UHGV virus genome: UHGV-0010575
Strand: one strand, 5' to 3'
From: a virus
DNA: 38,085 nucleotides
The number at the start of each line of letters is the position of its first letter. Position 1 is the first letter of the stretch. Shown piece by piece: positions 7,940 through 17,886 of the stretch. A program made the translations under genes and the position numbers. The notes under the pieces are model-generated. The model ran no database searches. It was not told where the DNA came from and was given only the letters and a program-made list of their open reading frames with translations.

Positions 7940-8593
7940 TCACCCAAACGTCTCTTCAGGCCACTGACTAGCGATAACTTTCCCCACAACGGAACAACTC
8001 TCATTGCATGGGATCATTGGGTATTGTGGGTTTAGTGGCTGTAGAAACACCTGACCGCTATCCCTGATCAGTTTCTTGAAGGTAAATTCATCACCACCAA
8101 GTCTGGCTATGCAGAAATCGCCGGGCTCAACAGCTTGCTCTGGGTCAACCAGAATTAACATCCCGTCAGGAAAACTAGGTTTGGAACCTGTTGGGGCGGT
8201 CATTGAGTTACCTTCAACCTCAAGCCAGAATGCAGAGTCACTGGCTTTTTTGGTTGTGCTTACCAATCTCTCCGCATCGCCTTTGGTAAAGGTTCTGAGT
8301 TCTGGAGAGAACATCCCAGCCTGAACATGAGAAAAAACAGGGTACTCATATTGTTTTTTAACTGGGGCCGATGAGTATTCGCCAACAGGTGAAAATGTCC
8401 CGTCGTGGTTGAATGATATGTTATCAATACCAAGGTATTTAAACACCACACCAATATCACTAAGAGATGGATGACGAGATCCGCGCAACCAGTGTCCAAT
8501 CCCACCCTGCGTCATACCTAGCTCTTCGGCTAACTTCTCTTGAGTTATGCCGAGCTCTTTCATTCTGGATCTAGCCAGTTCATACCATTTCAT
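7940..8593 (-). CDS. cI: CI-type prophage repressor (HTH_XRE N-domain, LexA/S24-like C-domain)
   Basis: N-terminal HTH ([20 protein letters not shown]), AGMF and GNSM motifs of autocleaving repressors; divergent from the cro-like gene. Confidence 0.85.
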   Translation of the reverse strand: MKWYELARSRMKELGITQEKLAEELGMTQGGIGHWLRGSRHPSLSDIGVVFKYLGIDNISFNHDGTFSPVGEYSSAPVKKQYEYPVFSHVQAGMFSPELRTFTKGDAERLVSTTKKASDSAFWLEVEGNSMTAPTGSKPSFPDGMLILVDPEQAVEPGDFCIARLGGDEFTFKKLIRDSGQVFLQPLNPQYPMIPCNESCSVVGKVIASQWPEETFG

Positions 8594-8708
8594 TTTCATG
8601 TCCTTATTATTACGCTCTGTATTGCAACCATCCATGCACAATGTGTATTTTTACTTGCATTCAAAAAGTACATATTGTATTTTTCTTCATGGTTACTATG
8701 GAGGGCAT
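8594..8708. promoter_or_regulatory. Divergent cI/cro control region (candidate OR, PRM, PR)
   Basis: 115-bp intergenic region between divergent cI and cro; contains short inverted repeats (CACA-A-TGTG, TACA-N3-TGTA, TTGCAA); operators not assigned. Confidence 0.5.
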
Positions 8709-8924
8709 ATGAGCAACCTACGAAAATATCGAGAGTCACTGAATATCTCTCAAACAACACTTGCTAAGGCAGTTGGATGCACACAGGGAGCTATCGGACA
8801 TTGGGAATCTGGTCGTCGCTTCCCAGACCTTAAAACATGCCGTGCTCTTGTTGCGTGTCTAAACAAGTTAGGCGCAAAAGTCAGTCTTGATGACGTGTTC
8901 CCGCCGGAACACAAAGCCGCTTAA
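8709..8924 (+). CDS. cro: Cro-like HTH repressor (71 aa)
   Basis: XRE-type HTH (ISQTTLAKAVGCTQGAIGHWESG); GGAGGG SD; first gene of the rightward operon. Confidence 0.7.
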   Translation: MSNLRKYRESLNISQTTLAKAVGCTQGAIGHWESGRRFPDLKTCRALVACLNKLGAKVSLDDVFPPEHKAA

Positions 8925-8934
8925 TAAGCGGATC

Positions 8935-8980
8935 CGCTCTTTGTAACAACGGACATTCGTCCTACGTCGCTGAAAAGCGA
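8935..8980 (+). promoter_or_regulatory. nutR-like site (boxA CGCTCTTTG, spacer, boxB hairpin UCGCU-GAAA-AGCGA)
   Basis: Read directly; aligns almost base for base with the nutL candidate, including the spacer. Confidence 0.5.
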
Positions 8981-9065
8981 GTTCCAAGATATCTGACCAA
9001 CTAAGGCCATATGCGTTTCCACGCATACCTTTCAACTAACTATTCACTATTGGAAATCTTAAGAA

Positions 9066-9362
9066 ATGGAAAGAACAAGTTACAGCAAACTATCACAGCG
9101 TGACGTTGATCGCGCAGAAACAGATTTACTTATCAATCTGTCAGCTATTACCCAGCGCGGTCTGGCAAAGATGATTGGCTGTCATGAATCGAAGATAAGC
9201 AGAACGGACTGGAGATTTATTGCTTCGGTCTTGTGTGCTTTCGGAATGGCATCAGACATCAGTCCGATTAGCAGGGCTTTTAAGTATGCGCTTGATGAAA
9301 TCACAAAGAAAAAATCCCCGGCCGCCACCGAGGATTTTAAGCAAATTGATATGCAATTCTGA
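9066..9362 (+). CDS. cII: CII-like transcriptional activator
   Basis: C-terminus KKKSPAATEDFKQIDMQF closely resembles lambda CII ...KKRPAATERSEQIQMEF (recall). Confidence 0.7.
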   Translation: MERTSYSKLSQRDVDRAETDLLINLSAITQRGLAKMIGCHESKISRTDWRFIASVLCAFGMASDISPISRAFKYALDEITKKKSPAATEDFKQIDMQF

Positions 9363-9394
9363 GGGAATTACTGGATCAATCCACAGGAGTAATT

Positions 9395-9559
9395 ATGACA
9401 AAACGTCGTAAGAAATACCAGGAAAAAGAAGAGATTCGACACCCTGATTCACCTGAGGGATTAGTGGTAGCCGCAGCAAATAACAGGGCGTTCGCAGAGC
9501 GCCTTGTTGGTGTTTACAGACTAGCCAAAGCAGGAGTGAAACATGGGCGTCGTTAAGTT
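9395..9559 (+). CDS. Small basic hypothetical protein (54 aa)
   Basis: Hand-translated; AGGAG SD 5 nt upstream; overlaps O start by 17 nt. Confidence 0.35.
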
Positions 9560-10364
9560 AGCTGATTACAGGCCTCAACTGGAGGTCGTGGAGCATCGCG
9601 TGGCAGATACCGAAGATGGTTTCATGCGCGTTGCTAACGAGATTACCGACAGTCTGCTGATGGCTGATTTAACCGTCCGGCAGATGAAGGTGATGCTCGC
9701 TATCATGCGCAAGACATACGGATTCAATAAGCCGATGGATCGACTCACAAACACGCAGATAGCAGCCATGACAGGCATTCATCACACTCATGTTTGCGCT
9801 GCCAAGCGCCAGCTTATTGAGCGTAAATTCCTCATTGCTGATGGCGTGAAAATCGGAGTGAACAAGGTGGTTTCTCAGTGGATTAGCCAGGACAGCTTAA
9901 CATTAGCTAAAACAGCTAATAAAACATTAGCCGAGTCGGCTAATGGGTATAAGCCAAGTCAGCTAAACACAAAAGACAATATACAAAAGACAATAAATAC
10001 AAATACCCCCTTACCCCCTAACGGGGGTGGCGGTGGGCAGGTTAAACCTGAACGTCGCAAGGCAGAACGAATCGACTACGAATCCTTCCTGAACGCCTAC
10101 AACACCGAAGTCGGTGACAGACTTCCACACGCTGTTGCGGTCAACGAGAAACGAAAACGCCGCCTGAAGAAAATCATCCCGCAACTGAAAACGCCAAACG
10201 TGGACGGTTTCAGAGCGTATGTCAGGGCGTTTGTGCATCAGGCCAAGCCGTTTTACTTCGGAGACAACGACACTGGCTGGACGGCAGATTTTGATTACCT
10301 GCTGAGGGAAGATTCGTTAACGGGAGTACGGGAAGGGAAGTTTGCAGACAGGGGGATTGCATGA
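9543..10364 (+). CDS. O: Replication initiator O-like protein
   Basis: N-domain similar to lambda O ([38 protein letters not shown]); AGGAG SD. Confidence 0.8.
   Translation: MGVVKLADYRPQLEVVEHRVADTEDGFMRVANEITDSLLMADLTVRQMKVMLAIMRKTYGFNKPMDRLTNTQIAAMTGIHHTHVCAAKRQLIERKFLIADGVKIGVNKVVSQWISQDSLTLAKTANKTLAESANGYKPSQLNTKDNIQKTINTNTPLPPNGGGGGQVKPERRKAERIDYESFLNAYNTEVGDRLPHAVAVNEKRKRRLKKIIPQLKTPNVDGFRAYVRAFVHQAKPFYFGDNDTGWTADFDYLLREDSLTGVREGKFADRGIA
9890..10020. other. Candidate replication origin inside O gene (AGCTAA/TTAGC iteron-like repeats, AT-rich block, G/C inverted repeat)
   Basis: Repeated GCTAAT/ATTAGC units 9893-9957, AT-rich 9958-9995, ACCCCC-N4-GGGGGT at 10003-10018; lies in the O linker-coding region as in lambda ori. 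Confidence 0.4.
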
Positions 10365-11737
10365 GACAGGATATCGAAGCGAGCGTTATCGGTGGCCTGC
10401 TGATTGGTGGATTAACGCCAACTGCCAGTGACGTTCTGGCAACGCTTGAGCCGGAGGCGTTTTCAATTCCGCTCTACAGAAAAGCCTTCGAGGTTATCCG
10501 GAAGCAGGCGAGAAACAGAAACCTAATCGACGCGCTGATGGTTGCCGAGGCGTGCGGAGAGGAGCATTTCACGTCAATCCTGATGACCAGCAAAAACTGC
10601 CCGAGTGCCGCAAACCTGAAGGGATATGCCGGAATGGTCGCGGATAACTATCACCGCCGTCTGGTGCTGGAAATCATGGATGAAATGCGTGAACCAATTC
10701 AGAGCGGAACCATCGACGCATCGAGTCAGGCGATGGATGAACTTGTAAAACGTCTCTCAGCCATCAGAAAGCCCCGTGACGAGGTTAAACCGGTACGGTT
10801 AGGGGAAATCATTACTGACTACACTGACACGCTTGACAGGCGTCTGAGGAACGGAGAAGAGTCAGATACCCTGAAGACCGGAATCGAAGAGCTTGACGCC
10901 ATCACCGGAGGGATGAACGCAGAAGACCTGGTGATAATCGCTGCTCGTCCTGGTATGGGGAAAACCGAACTGGCGCTGAAGATTGCCGAAGGCGTTGCAA
11001 GCCGCGTTATTCCTGGTTCTAACGTCCGGCGCGGGGTATTGATTTTCTCAATGGAAATGAGCGCATTGCAGATTGCAGAGCGAAGCATTGCCAACGCCGG
11101 GAGGATGTCGGTTAGTGTGCTGCGAAATCCTGCATCGATGGATGACGAAGGCTGGGCGCGCGTTGCTAATGGCATGAGTCAGCTTGCAGACTTGGATGTA
11201 TGGGTAGTCGATGCCTCGCGGTTATCGGTCGAAGAAATACGCTCAATCGCAGAACGGCATAAACAGGAAAATCCAAACCTGTCACTAATCATGGCGGATT
11301 ATCTTGGCCTGATTGAGAAGCCGAAAGCAGACCGCAACGACCTCGCAATTGCTCACATCTCCGGAAGCCTGAAGGCGATGGCGAAAGACCTGAAAACGCC
11401 AGTTATCTCCCTAAGTCAGCTTTCGCGCGATGTTGAGAAGCGACCAAACAAACGCCCGACAAACGCAGATTTGCGTGATTCAGGAAGCATTGAACAGGAC
11501 GCAGACTCAATCATCATGCTCTATCGGGAAGCGGTATATGACGAGAACAGTAGCGCCGCGCCATTTGCTGAAATCATCGTGACGAAAAACCGTTTTGGCT
11601 CACTTGGTACGGTTTACCAGCGGTTCTGCAACGGACACTTTGTTGCATGTGACCAGGATGAAGCCAGACAGATTTGCACAGCATCAAATGCACCTGCTGC
11701 GCGTGGCAGACGATATGCACAAGGGGCTGACGTATGA
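10361..11737 (+). CDS. DnaB-family replicative DNA helicase
   Basis: 458 aa with Walker A (ARPGMGKTE) and DnaB-like C-terminal motifs; follows O as in P22 gene 12. Confidence 0.85.
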   Translation: MRQDIEASVIGGLLIGGLTPTASDVLATLEPEAFSIPLYRKAFEVIRKQARNRNLIDALMVAEACGEEHFTSILMTSKNCPSAANLKGYAGMVADNYHRRLVLEIMDEMREPIQSGTIDASSQAMDELVKRLSAIRKPRDEVKPVRLGEIITDYTDTLDRRLRNGEESDTLKTGIEELDAITGGMNAEDLVIIAARPGMGKTELALKIAEGVASRVIPGSNVRRGVLIFSMEMSALQIAERSIANAGRMSVSVLRNPASMDDEGWARVANGMSQLADLDVWVVDASRLSVEEIRSIAERHKQENPNLSLIMADYLGLIEKPKADRNDLAIAHISGSLKAMAKDLKTPVISLSQLSRDVEKRPNKRPTNADLRDSGSIEQDADSIIMLYREAVYDENSSAAPFAEIIVTKNRFGSLGTVYQRFCNGHFVACDQDEARQICTASNAPAARGRRYAQGADV

Positions 11738-11762
11738 CCATCTACATCACTGAGTTAATAAC

Positions 11763-11793
11763 AGGCCTGCTGGTAATCGCAGGCCTTTTTATT
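11763..11793 (+). terminator. Rho-independent terminator (AGGCCUGC ... GCAGGCCU + U5)
   Basis: Perfect 8-bp stem, 8-nt loop, followed by TTTTTATTT. Confidence 0.6.
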
Positions 11794-11809
11794 TGGGGGA
11801 GAGTAAATC

Positions 11810-12016
11810 GTGGTTGAGTTGATTTTCTCTGCATTGAGGCTTCTCGGTGCTCTGTGGATGGTGGCGACGTTCATTGTGGTTGCTGGCTGTTTTGTCCGGT
11901 TGGTAGGCGAAGGTAAAGACCTGGTGGGTGTGATTTTCGGTAGCATTTTCCTGTGGGTGATTATCGGTGTTGCGCCTGTCGCTGTAGCAAAAATGGCGTG
12001 GCGTTTTGTGAGTTGA
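11810..12016 (+). CDS. Small hydrophobic (membrane) protein (68 aa)
   Basis: ORF in track; GTG start after GGGAGAG; two predicted hydrophobic helices. Confidence 0.4.
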   Translation: MVELIFSALRLLGALWMVATFIVVAGCFVRLVGEGKDLVGVIFGSIFLWVIIGVAPVAVAKMAWRFVS

Positions 12017-12033
12017 ACTGAGGGTAAGTATCG

Positions 12034-12303
12034 ATGGACGAATCAAGAAAGCAGTTTGAAGAATGGTTTGAAAATTACACCGGATGTGATCCTAAAAATA
12101 AAATATACGCCAATATGGTTGAGATGTATTGGCAAGCGTGGCAGGCATCGCGAGCAGCTATTGAAATAACCGCGCCAAAGTTTATCGACAGCAGAGAAGC
12201 ATTAACCAAAGGGTTTACTGTTGATTATTCCAATGGCTTCGGCGATGGAATGGATGCTTATGAGGAAAACATCCGCGCTGCTGGAGTCAAAGTGAAGGAG
12301 TAA
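12034..12303 (+). CDS. Hypothetical protein (89 aa)
   Basis: ORF in track, upstream of ninB in the same operon. Confidence 0.5.
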   Translation: MDESRKQFEEWFENYTGCDPKNKIYANMVEMYWQAWQASRAAIEITAPKFIDSREALTKGFTVDYSNGFGDGMDAYEENIRAAGVKVKE

Positions 12304-12305
12304 CG

Positions 12306-12716
12306 ATGAAGCAGACAATCTTCCTCCGAAGTAAGCAACAACAGCAAGCCGCAATAAATGCCATCCTCTCAACTCCTCTCGATAAAGACAAGCCAGTCAC
12401 GATCCGCATTACTGACTACAAGCGAAATCTTGACCAGAACGCAAAATTTCACGCGATGCTGGCGGATATCGCTCGTCAGGTTCAATGGTGCGGCAAATGG
12501 TTAAAACCGGAACAATGGAAGGTTTTGTTGATCAGCGGTCATGCAGTGGCAACAAAACAGGAAGCTGATGTTTTGCCAGGCCTTGAAGGCGAATACGTCA
12601 ACATTCGCGAAAGCAGCGCGCAGATGAGCGTGAAGCGTATGGCAAGTCTGATTGAGTACACGACAGCATGGGCTATTGGTCAGGGTGTCAGATTTACCGA
12701 CAGGAGGTACGAATGA
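12306..12716 (+). CDS. ninB: NinB (Orf) recombination protein
   Basis: Translation aligns with lambda NinB along its length (recall), e.g. [27 protein letters not shown]. Confidence 0.8.
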   Translation: MKQTIFLRSKQQQQAAINAILSTPLDKDKPVTIRITDYKRNLDQNAKFHAMLADIARQVQWCGKWLKPEQWKVLLISGHAVATKQEADVLPGLEGEYVNIRESSAQMSVKRMASLIEYTTAWAIGQGVRFTDRRYE

Positions 12717-12895
12717 GACGACAGCGACGAAGTATCACCGACATAATCTGCGAAAACTGCAAATACCTTCCAACGAAACGCTCCAGAAATAAACCCAAGC
12801 CAATCCCAAAAGAATCTGACGTTAAAACCTTCAATTACACGGCTCACCTGTGGGATATCCGGTGGCTAAGACATCGTGCGAGGAAAACAAGGTGA
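12713..12895 (+). CDS. ninE: NinE-like protein (60 aa)
   Basis: [30 protein letters not shown]... recalled as lambda NinE; AGGAGG SD; internal start within track ORF. Confidence 0.7.
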   Translation: MRRQRRSITDIICENCKYLPTKRSRNKPKPIPKESDVKTFNYTAHLWDIRWLRHRARKTR

Positions 12896-13062
12896 TTGAC
12901 CAAAATCGAAGTTACGAACAAGAAAGCGTCGAGCGAGCTTTAACGTGCGCTAACTGCGGTCAGAAGCTGCATGTGCTGGAAGTTCACGTGTGTGAGCTCT
13001 GCTGTGCAGAACTGATGAGCGATCCGAATAGCTCAATGTACGAGGAAGAAGACGATGGCTAA
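12892..13062 (+). CDS. ninF: NinF-like protein (about 56 aa)
   Basis: [35 protein letters not shown]... recalled as lambda NinF; GTG start. Confidence 0.6.
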   Translation: MIDQNRSYEQESVERALTCANCGQKLHVLEVHVCELCCAELMSDPNSSMYEEEDDG

Positions 13063-13666
13063 ACCAGCGCGAAGACGATGTAAAAACGATGAATGTCGGG
13101 AATGGTTTCACCCTGCATTCGCCAATCAGTGGTGGTGCTCTCCAGAGTGTGGAACCAAGATAGCACTCGAACGACGAAGCAAAGAACGCGAAAAAGCGGA
13201 AAAGGAAGTAGAGAAGAAACGACGACGAGAGGAGCAGAAACAGAAAGATAAACTTAAGATTCGAAAACTCGCCTTAAAGCCCCGCAGTTACTGGATTAAA
13301 CAAGCCCAACAAGCCGTAAACGCCTTCATCAGAGAAAGAGACCGCGACTTACCATGTATCTCGTGCGGAACGCTCACGTCTGCTCAGTGGGATGCCGGGC
13401 ATTACCGGACAACTGCTGCGGCACCTCAACTCCGATTTGATGAACGCAATATTCACAAGCAATGCGTGGTGTGCAACCAGCATAAAAGCGGAAATCTCGT
13501 TCCGTATCGCGTCGAACTGATTAACCGGATCGGGCAGGAAGCAGTAGACGAAATCGAATCAAACCATAACCGCCATCGCTGGACTGTCGAAGAGTGCAAG
13601 GCGATCAAGGCAGAGTACCAACAGAAACTCAAAGACCTGCGAAATAGCAGAAGTGAGGCCGCATGA
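13055..13666 (+). CDS. ninG: NinG / Rap Holliday-junction resolvase-like protein
   Basis: 203 aa, Cys-rich with conserved HYRT...CVVCNQHK region recalled from lambda NinG. Confidence 0.8.
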   Translation: MAKPARRRCKNDECREWFHPAFANQWWCSPECGTKIALERRSKEREKAEKEVEKKRRREEQKQKDKLKIRKLALKPRSYWIKQAQQAVNAFIRERDRDLPCISCGTLTSAQWDAGHYRTTAAAPQLRFDERNIHKQCVVCNQHKSGNLVPYRVELINRIGQEAVDEIESNHNRHRWTVEECKAIKAEYQQKLKDLRNSRSEAA

Positions 13667-13869
13667 CGTTCTCAGTAAAAACCATTCCAGACATGCTCGT
13701 TGAAGCATACGGAAACCAGACAGAAGTAGCACGCAGACTGAAATGTAGTCGCGGTACGGTCAGAAAATACGTTGATGATAAAGACGGGAAAATGCACGCC
13801 ATCGTCAACGACGTTCTCATGGTTCATCGCGGATGGAGTGAAAGAGATGCGCTATTACGAAAGAATTGA
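13663..13869 (+). CDS. ninH: NinH-like protein (68 aa)
   Basis: [37 protein letters not shown]... recalled as lambda NinH. Confidence 0.65.
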   Translation: MTFSVKTIPDMLVEAYGNQTEVARRLKCSRGTVRKYVDDKDGKMHAIVNDVLMVHRGWSERDALLRKN

Positions 13870-14518
13870 TGGCAGCAAATACCGAAATATTTGGGTAGTT
13901 GGCGATCTGCACGGATGCTACACGAACCTGATGAAAAAACTGGAGACGATAGGATTCGACACCAAAAAAGACCTGCTTATCTCGGTTGGCGATTTGGTCG
14001 ATCGCGGTACAGAGAACGTCGAATGCCTGGAATTAATCACATTCCCCTGGTTCAGAGCTGTACGTGGAAACCATGAGCAAATGATGATTGATGGCTTATC
14101 AGAGCGCGGAAACGTCAATCACTGGATGCTTAATGGCGGTGGCTGGTTCTTTAATCTCGATTACGACAAAGAAATTCTGGCTAAAGCTCTTGCCCATAAA
14201 GCAGATGAACTTCCGTTAATCATCGAACTGGTGAGCAAAGATAAAAAATATGTCATCTGCCACGCCGATTATCCTTGTGACGAATACGAGTTTGGAAAGC
14301 CAGTTGATCATCAGCAGGTAATCTGGAACCGAGAACGAATCAGCAACTCACAAGACGGGATCGTGAAAGAAATTAAAGGCGCGGACACGTTCATCTTTGG
14401 TCATACGCCAGCAGTGAAACCGCTCAAATTTGCCAACCAGATGTATATCGATACCGGCGCAGTGTTCTGCGGAAAGCTCACATTGATTCAGGTACAGGGA
14501 GAAGGCGCGTGGGCATAA
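13847..14518 (+). CDS. ninI: Ser/Thr protein phosphatase (NinI-like, calcineurin-like metallophosphatase)
   Basis: GDLHG, GDLVDRG and GNHE metallophosphatase motifs; start at internal ATG of track ORF. Confidence 0.8.
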   Translation: MRYYERIDGSKYRNIWVVGDLHGCYTNLMKKLETIGFDTKKDLLISVGDLVDRGTENVECLELITFPWFRAVRGNHEQMMIDGLSERGNVNHWMLNGGGWFFNLDYDKEILAKALAHKADELPLIIELVSKDKKYVICHADYPCDEYEFGKPVDHQQVIWNRERISNSQDGIVKEIKGADTFIFGHTPAVKPLKFANQMYIDTGAVFCGKLTLIQVQGEGAWA

Positions 14519-15027
14519 GAGAACTAAACCTCACCAAAGAACAGCATGAGTGGCTGAATGGCTGGCTTGAACTGTGGGGCGCATGGGTTTATTCAGGTCG
14601 TCTGGAAAAGCGCATGAGCAGCGTAATAGCGAAGTTCATGGAGAGCGTAGAGCCGGGAAGAGTTATGACAAGGCCAATGTGTAATGATGATGATGGAATG
14701 TTGATTTCTCAGGTCGTCGATTCCGTCATGTACATTGACAAGAAAGCCTTTGGCATCCTCCTCAGCTACTACGCTCATGGTTCATCTAAGCGAGCAATTG
14801 CATCCTACTATCACGCGACTGCAAAGCCACGCAAGATGTGTGGACGTGGTGGCGAGGGATGGAGAAAACCTTCAATGGCAACCTGTAGAAACGAAATTGA
14901 CGACATCCTGAAAGCGTCGTTATTTGTTTTGTACCAGCCAATGCAAAATGCTTTCAAAATGCGTAAACGTGTTGAGAAAGTTAAGCATGTTGCTGTTAAA
15001 AGCCTTGACATGCAATTATCTATTTAG
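14509..15027 (+). CDS. Q: Late-gene antiterminator Q (QuuD / phage-82-type family)
   Basis: [11 protein letters not shown]...[12 protein letters not shown]...LLSYYAHG pattern recalled from DLP12 QuuD; GTG start uncertain. Confidence 0.65.
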   Translation: MGIRELNLTKEQHEWLNGWLELWGAWVYSGRLEKRMSSVIAKFMESVEPGRVMTRPMCNDDDGMLISQVVDSVMYIDKKAFGILLSYYAHGSSKRAIASYYHATAKPRKMCGRGGEGWRKPSMATCRNEIDDILKASLFVLYQPMQNAFKMRKRVEKVKHVAVKSLDMQLSI

Positions 15028-15090
15028 CCATAATTAGAAGGTAAGCTGCCGTTAGTGACTCTTAAGTTGCAACGGTGGCTTTTTTTATTT

Positions 15091-15165
15091 GGGTCAGTCG
15101 TATAAAGGTCATTACGGAAGGCTGTTAACCTTCTTATCGTGGTTCGAGTCCACGCTGTCCCGCCA
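15091..15165 (+). tRNA. tRNA-Asn-like (anticodon GTT), 75 nt, one T·T mismatch in acceptor stem and 3-bp D stem
   Basis: Hand-folded cloverleaf: anticodon loop CTGTTAA, T-arm CGTGG-TTCGAGT-CCACG, discriminator G, CCA encoded. Confidence 0.55.
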
Positions 15166-15170
15166 AACAT

Positions 15171-15246
15171 GCTGGTTTAGCTCCAATGGTAGAGCGGTCG
15201 CCTTGTAAGCGAATGGGTAGCGGTTCAAGTCCGTTAACCAGCACCA
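15171..15246 (+). tRNA. tRNA-Thr (anticodon TGT), 76 nt
   Basis: Hand-folded cloverleaf: acceptor GCTGGTT/AACCAGC, D-arm GCTC-CAATGGTA-GAGC, anticodon loop CTTGTAA, T-loop TTCAAGT, discriminator A, CCA encoded. Confidence 0.7.
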
Positions 15247-15364
15247 TAACTGAGCCGTAGCCACTGGCTATCCTGAATTCATCAGTGATAGTTACGCTGC
15301 GGCCTTCTTTTTTCCCCTTCCCAATATAAGAACTACGCAATCCGTTACTGGCGGAGGCGTTGCT

Positions 15365-15580
15365 ATGAAATCAATGGACAAAATCTCAACTGGCATTGCC
15401 TACGGAACATCTGCTGGTAGTGCGGGATACTGGTTTTTGCAGTGGTTGGATCAGGTCAGTCCGTCACAGTGGGCTGCGATTGGAGTGCTTGGAAGCCTTG
15501 TGTTGGGTTTTCTCACTTATCTGACAAATCTGTATTTCAAAATCAGAGAAGACAGACGAAAGGCTGCGAGAGGTGAATAA
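15365..15580 (+). CDS. S: Pinholin (phage 21 S-type holin, dual-start MKSM motif)
   Basis: 71-aa two-TM protein matching recalled S21 sequence; Met1/Met4 dual start. Confidence 0.8.
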   Translation: MKSMDKISTGIAYGTSAGSAGYWFLQWLDQVSPSQWAAIGVLGSLVLGFLTYLTNLYFKIREDRRKAARGE

Positions 15581-16077
15581 TGCCTCCATCATTACGAAAA
15601 GCCGTTGCTGCTGCTATTGGTGGCGGGGCTATTGCCATAGCATCTGTGTTAATCACTGGCCCAAGTGGTAACGATGGTCTGGAAGGTGTGAGACATAATC
15701 CTTACAAAGACATAGTTGGTGTATGGACTGTATGTTACGGGCATACAGGAAAAGACATCATTCCCGGTAAAACGTATACCGAAGCAGAATGCAAAGCCCT
15801 CCTGAATAAAGACCTTGCCACGGTCGCCAGACAAATTAACCCGTACATCAAAGTCGATATACCGGAAACAACGCGCGGCGCTCTTTACTCGTTCGTTTAC
15901 AACGTGGGTGCAGGCAATTTCAGAACATCGACGCTTCTTCGCAAAATCAACCAGGGTGATATCAAAGGTGCGTGTGACCAGCTACGTCGCTGGACATACG
16001 CTGGCGGTAAGCAATGGAAAGGGCTGATGACCCGTCGTGATATTGAGCGTGAAGTCTGTTTGTGGGGGCAGCAATGA
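15580..16077 (+). CDS. R: SAR endolysin (lysozyme with N-terminal signal-anchor-release domain)
   Basis: N-terminal Gly/Ala-rich weakly hydrophobic segment followed by lysozyme domain, as in phage 21 R; TAATG overlap with holin. Confidence 0.8.
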   Translation: MPPSLRKAVAAAIGGGAIAIASVLITGPSGNDGLEGVRHNPYKDIVGVWTVCYGHTGKDIIPGKTYTEAECKALLNKDLATVARQINPYIKVDIPETTRGALYSFVYNVGAGNFRTSTLLRKINQGDIKGACDQLRRWTYAGGKQWKGLMTRRDIEREVCLWGQQ

Positions 16078-16511
16078 GCAGGTTAACCGCGATTATCTCC
16101 GCTCTGATTATCAGCATCATCGTCTGCCTGTCATGGGCTGTTAATCATTACCGTGATAACGCCATCGCCTACAAAGAGCAGCGCGATAAGGCCGCATCCA
16201 CAATCGCTGACATGCAGAAGCGTCAACGTGATGTAGCAGAACTTGACGCCAGATACACAAAGGAGCTTGCTGATGCTAACGCGACTATCGAAAGTCTCCG
16301 TGCTGATGTTTCTGCTGGTCGTAAGCGCCTGCAAGTCGCCGCCACCTGTGCAAAGTCAACGACCGGAGCCAGCAGCATGGGCGATGGAGAAAGCCCAAGA
16401 CTTACAGCAGATGCTGAACTCAATTATTACCGTCTACGAAGTGGAATCGACAGGATAACCGCGCAGGTTAACTACCTGCAGGAGTACATCAGGACGCAAT
16501 GCCTTCGATGA
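16074..16511 (+). CDS. Rz: Rz-like i-spanin
   Basis: N-terminal TM then coiled coil; ATGA overlap with endolysin stop. Confidence 0.7.
   Translation: MSRLTAIISALIISIIVCLSWAVNHYRDNAIAYKEQRDKAASTIADMQKRQRDVAELDARYTKELADANATIESLRADVSAGRKRLQVAATCAKSTTGASSMGDGESPRLTADAELNYYRLRSGIDRITAQVNYLQEYIRTQCLR
16273..16458 (+). CDS. Rz1: Rz1-like o-spanin lipoprotein embedded in Rz (+1 frame)
   Basis: Signal-like LLVVSAC lipobox and Pro-rich mature region; AAGGAG SD; fully embedded in Rz. Confidence 0.5.
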   Translation: MLTRLSKVSVLMFLLVVSACKSPPPVQSQRPEPAAWAMEKAQDLQQMLNSIITVYEVESTG

Positions 16512-16686
16512 TAGCGATAATTTTACTCATCATCCTTCACATCTGGCTCTGTAGACAGGGTGGTGATCACTTCTGGAGTAAATCCAGATTAAACATCTCA
16601 TTGCTGATGCTTGATATTGAGCATCTGGCGCGCAGTAAGGGGCTGCGTTGAGATAAGAGCCAGTTCATTACAAATACCAGGATTTA

Positions 16687-16712
16687 GCCTCGCATTCGCG
16701 GGGCTTTTTTAT
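16687..16712 (+). terminator. Rho-independent terminator (hairpin CCUCGCAUUCGCGGGG + U6)
   Basis: Same 16-nt hairpin as at 662-677, in inverted orientation. Confidence 0.6.
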
Positions 16713-16854
16713 ATCTGAATTTCACAGCGCATCTCACGCGCATATTAACGAGAGCCTTTCAGTAAGCGAGCCTGAGAAATGCCGTTATAGGTGGCGACCT
16801 CTCTCGGGCGGCTTTTCTGTGAGACAGGCTCACTTTCTAAAAGGTAAAGACGCT

Positions 16855-17352
16855 ATGAAAGCAATCACGCTTTTTAATACACCGATTCGTGTTGATGAAT
16901 CAGGAATGATCTGCCTCACTGATATGTGGAAAGCCAGTGGTAAAAGTGAATCTGAATCTCCGTACCACTACCTGCGAAACAAGCAGACCAAAGAGTTCTT
17001 AGCCGAGCTGGAGAAAAACCACGAATCTGTGGTTTTTACTGAGCGCGGTGTACACGGTGGAACATATGGCGGGAAGTTTGTTGCTTATGATTATGCAGCA
17101 TGGCTAAACCCCGGGTTCAAGTACGCGGCCTATAAAGTCCTCGATGACTACTTCACCGGAGAACTTCAGCATCGCAACAGCTTAAGTGCGCAGCTCAACA
17201 TGAAATGTCATGAGTTTGACCAGAAGAAAGACATGGCGAGCTTCTGCGGACAAGGGCTGGCGGCATGGCGCTATACGAAGCCAGTGTTGGTCGCTGAGAT
17301 TAACTCCCTGGCTAACCAGCTGCAGATTACGATCCCCGGGCTTCCGGGATGA
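16855..17352 (+). CDS. KilA-N domain protein
   Basis: N-terminal region (ITLFNTPIRVDESGMICLTDMWKASGK...YHYLRNKQTKEFLAEL) resembles KilA-N DNA-binding domain; start at internal ATG of track ORF. Confidence 0.55.
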   Translation: MKAITLFNTPIRVDESGMICLTDMWKASGKSESESPYHYLRNKQTKEFLAELEKNHESVVFTERGVHGGTYGGKFVAYDYAAWLNPGFKYAAYKVLDDYFTGELQHRNSLSAQLNMKCHEFDQKKDMASFCGQGLAAWRYTKPVLVAEINSLANQLQITIPGLPG

Positions 17353-17606
17353 GTGATCGTGTCATTGAATGCGCCTCCAGAGCGGGGCGCGACTTCTCAG
17401 AGTTCATGAAAGGCGAGAAGGGCATGATGGAAGCATTGGCCTCGGTGGATGAGTTTGGCGAGCAGCTGCGCCTCAACGGCTGTGTCAATCATCACTTTGT
17501 TAGCTACATGATGCGGAACTCGATCATGCAGGCATTCATGGACATGGCAAAAGCCGAGAGGAAAGAAGAGCGCCGGCGTAAGCGAGCGGAAGCAAAAGCG
17601 AAGTAG
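17349..17606 (+). CDS. Hypothetical protein (85 aa), basic C-terminus
   Basis: ORF in track; ATGA overlap with upstream gene. Confidence 0.5.
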   Translation: MSDRVIECASRAGRDFSEFMKGEKGMMEALASVDEFGEQLRLNGCVNHHFVSYMMRNSIMQAFMDMAKAERKEERRRKRAEAKAK

Positions 17607-17886
17607 CCATTACAAAGCCCATTTACGGGTGGGCTTGATAATGAAACCGGAATTTATTCTGGGCCACCAGTTAACGGCAGTACCACGAAACAACCCAAGC
17701 CAGTAAGCGGGGAAATAACACTGGCAGCCACTGAAAGATGAACCTCCAGCCTTATGGCAAAAAAGATTCTTTGTGGTGGCGGACTGATGGAAAGACATCG
17801 GTTATTGCAGAGGCCATTCAATGAGCGGTCTCGACAATGAGTAAAAGCACAATATGTGAGGCAGAAACGAATTGGTTATATTGAGT

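Noticed and set aside
15045-15090. Weak hairpin plus T7 run just after Q (possible tR')
   Set aside because: Stem is imperfect with a 20-nt loop; not confident enough to call a terminator, and the T-run may simply precede the tRNA genes.
15134-15340. 68-aa minus-strand ORF
   Set aside because: Overlaps both tRNA genes on the opposite strand.
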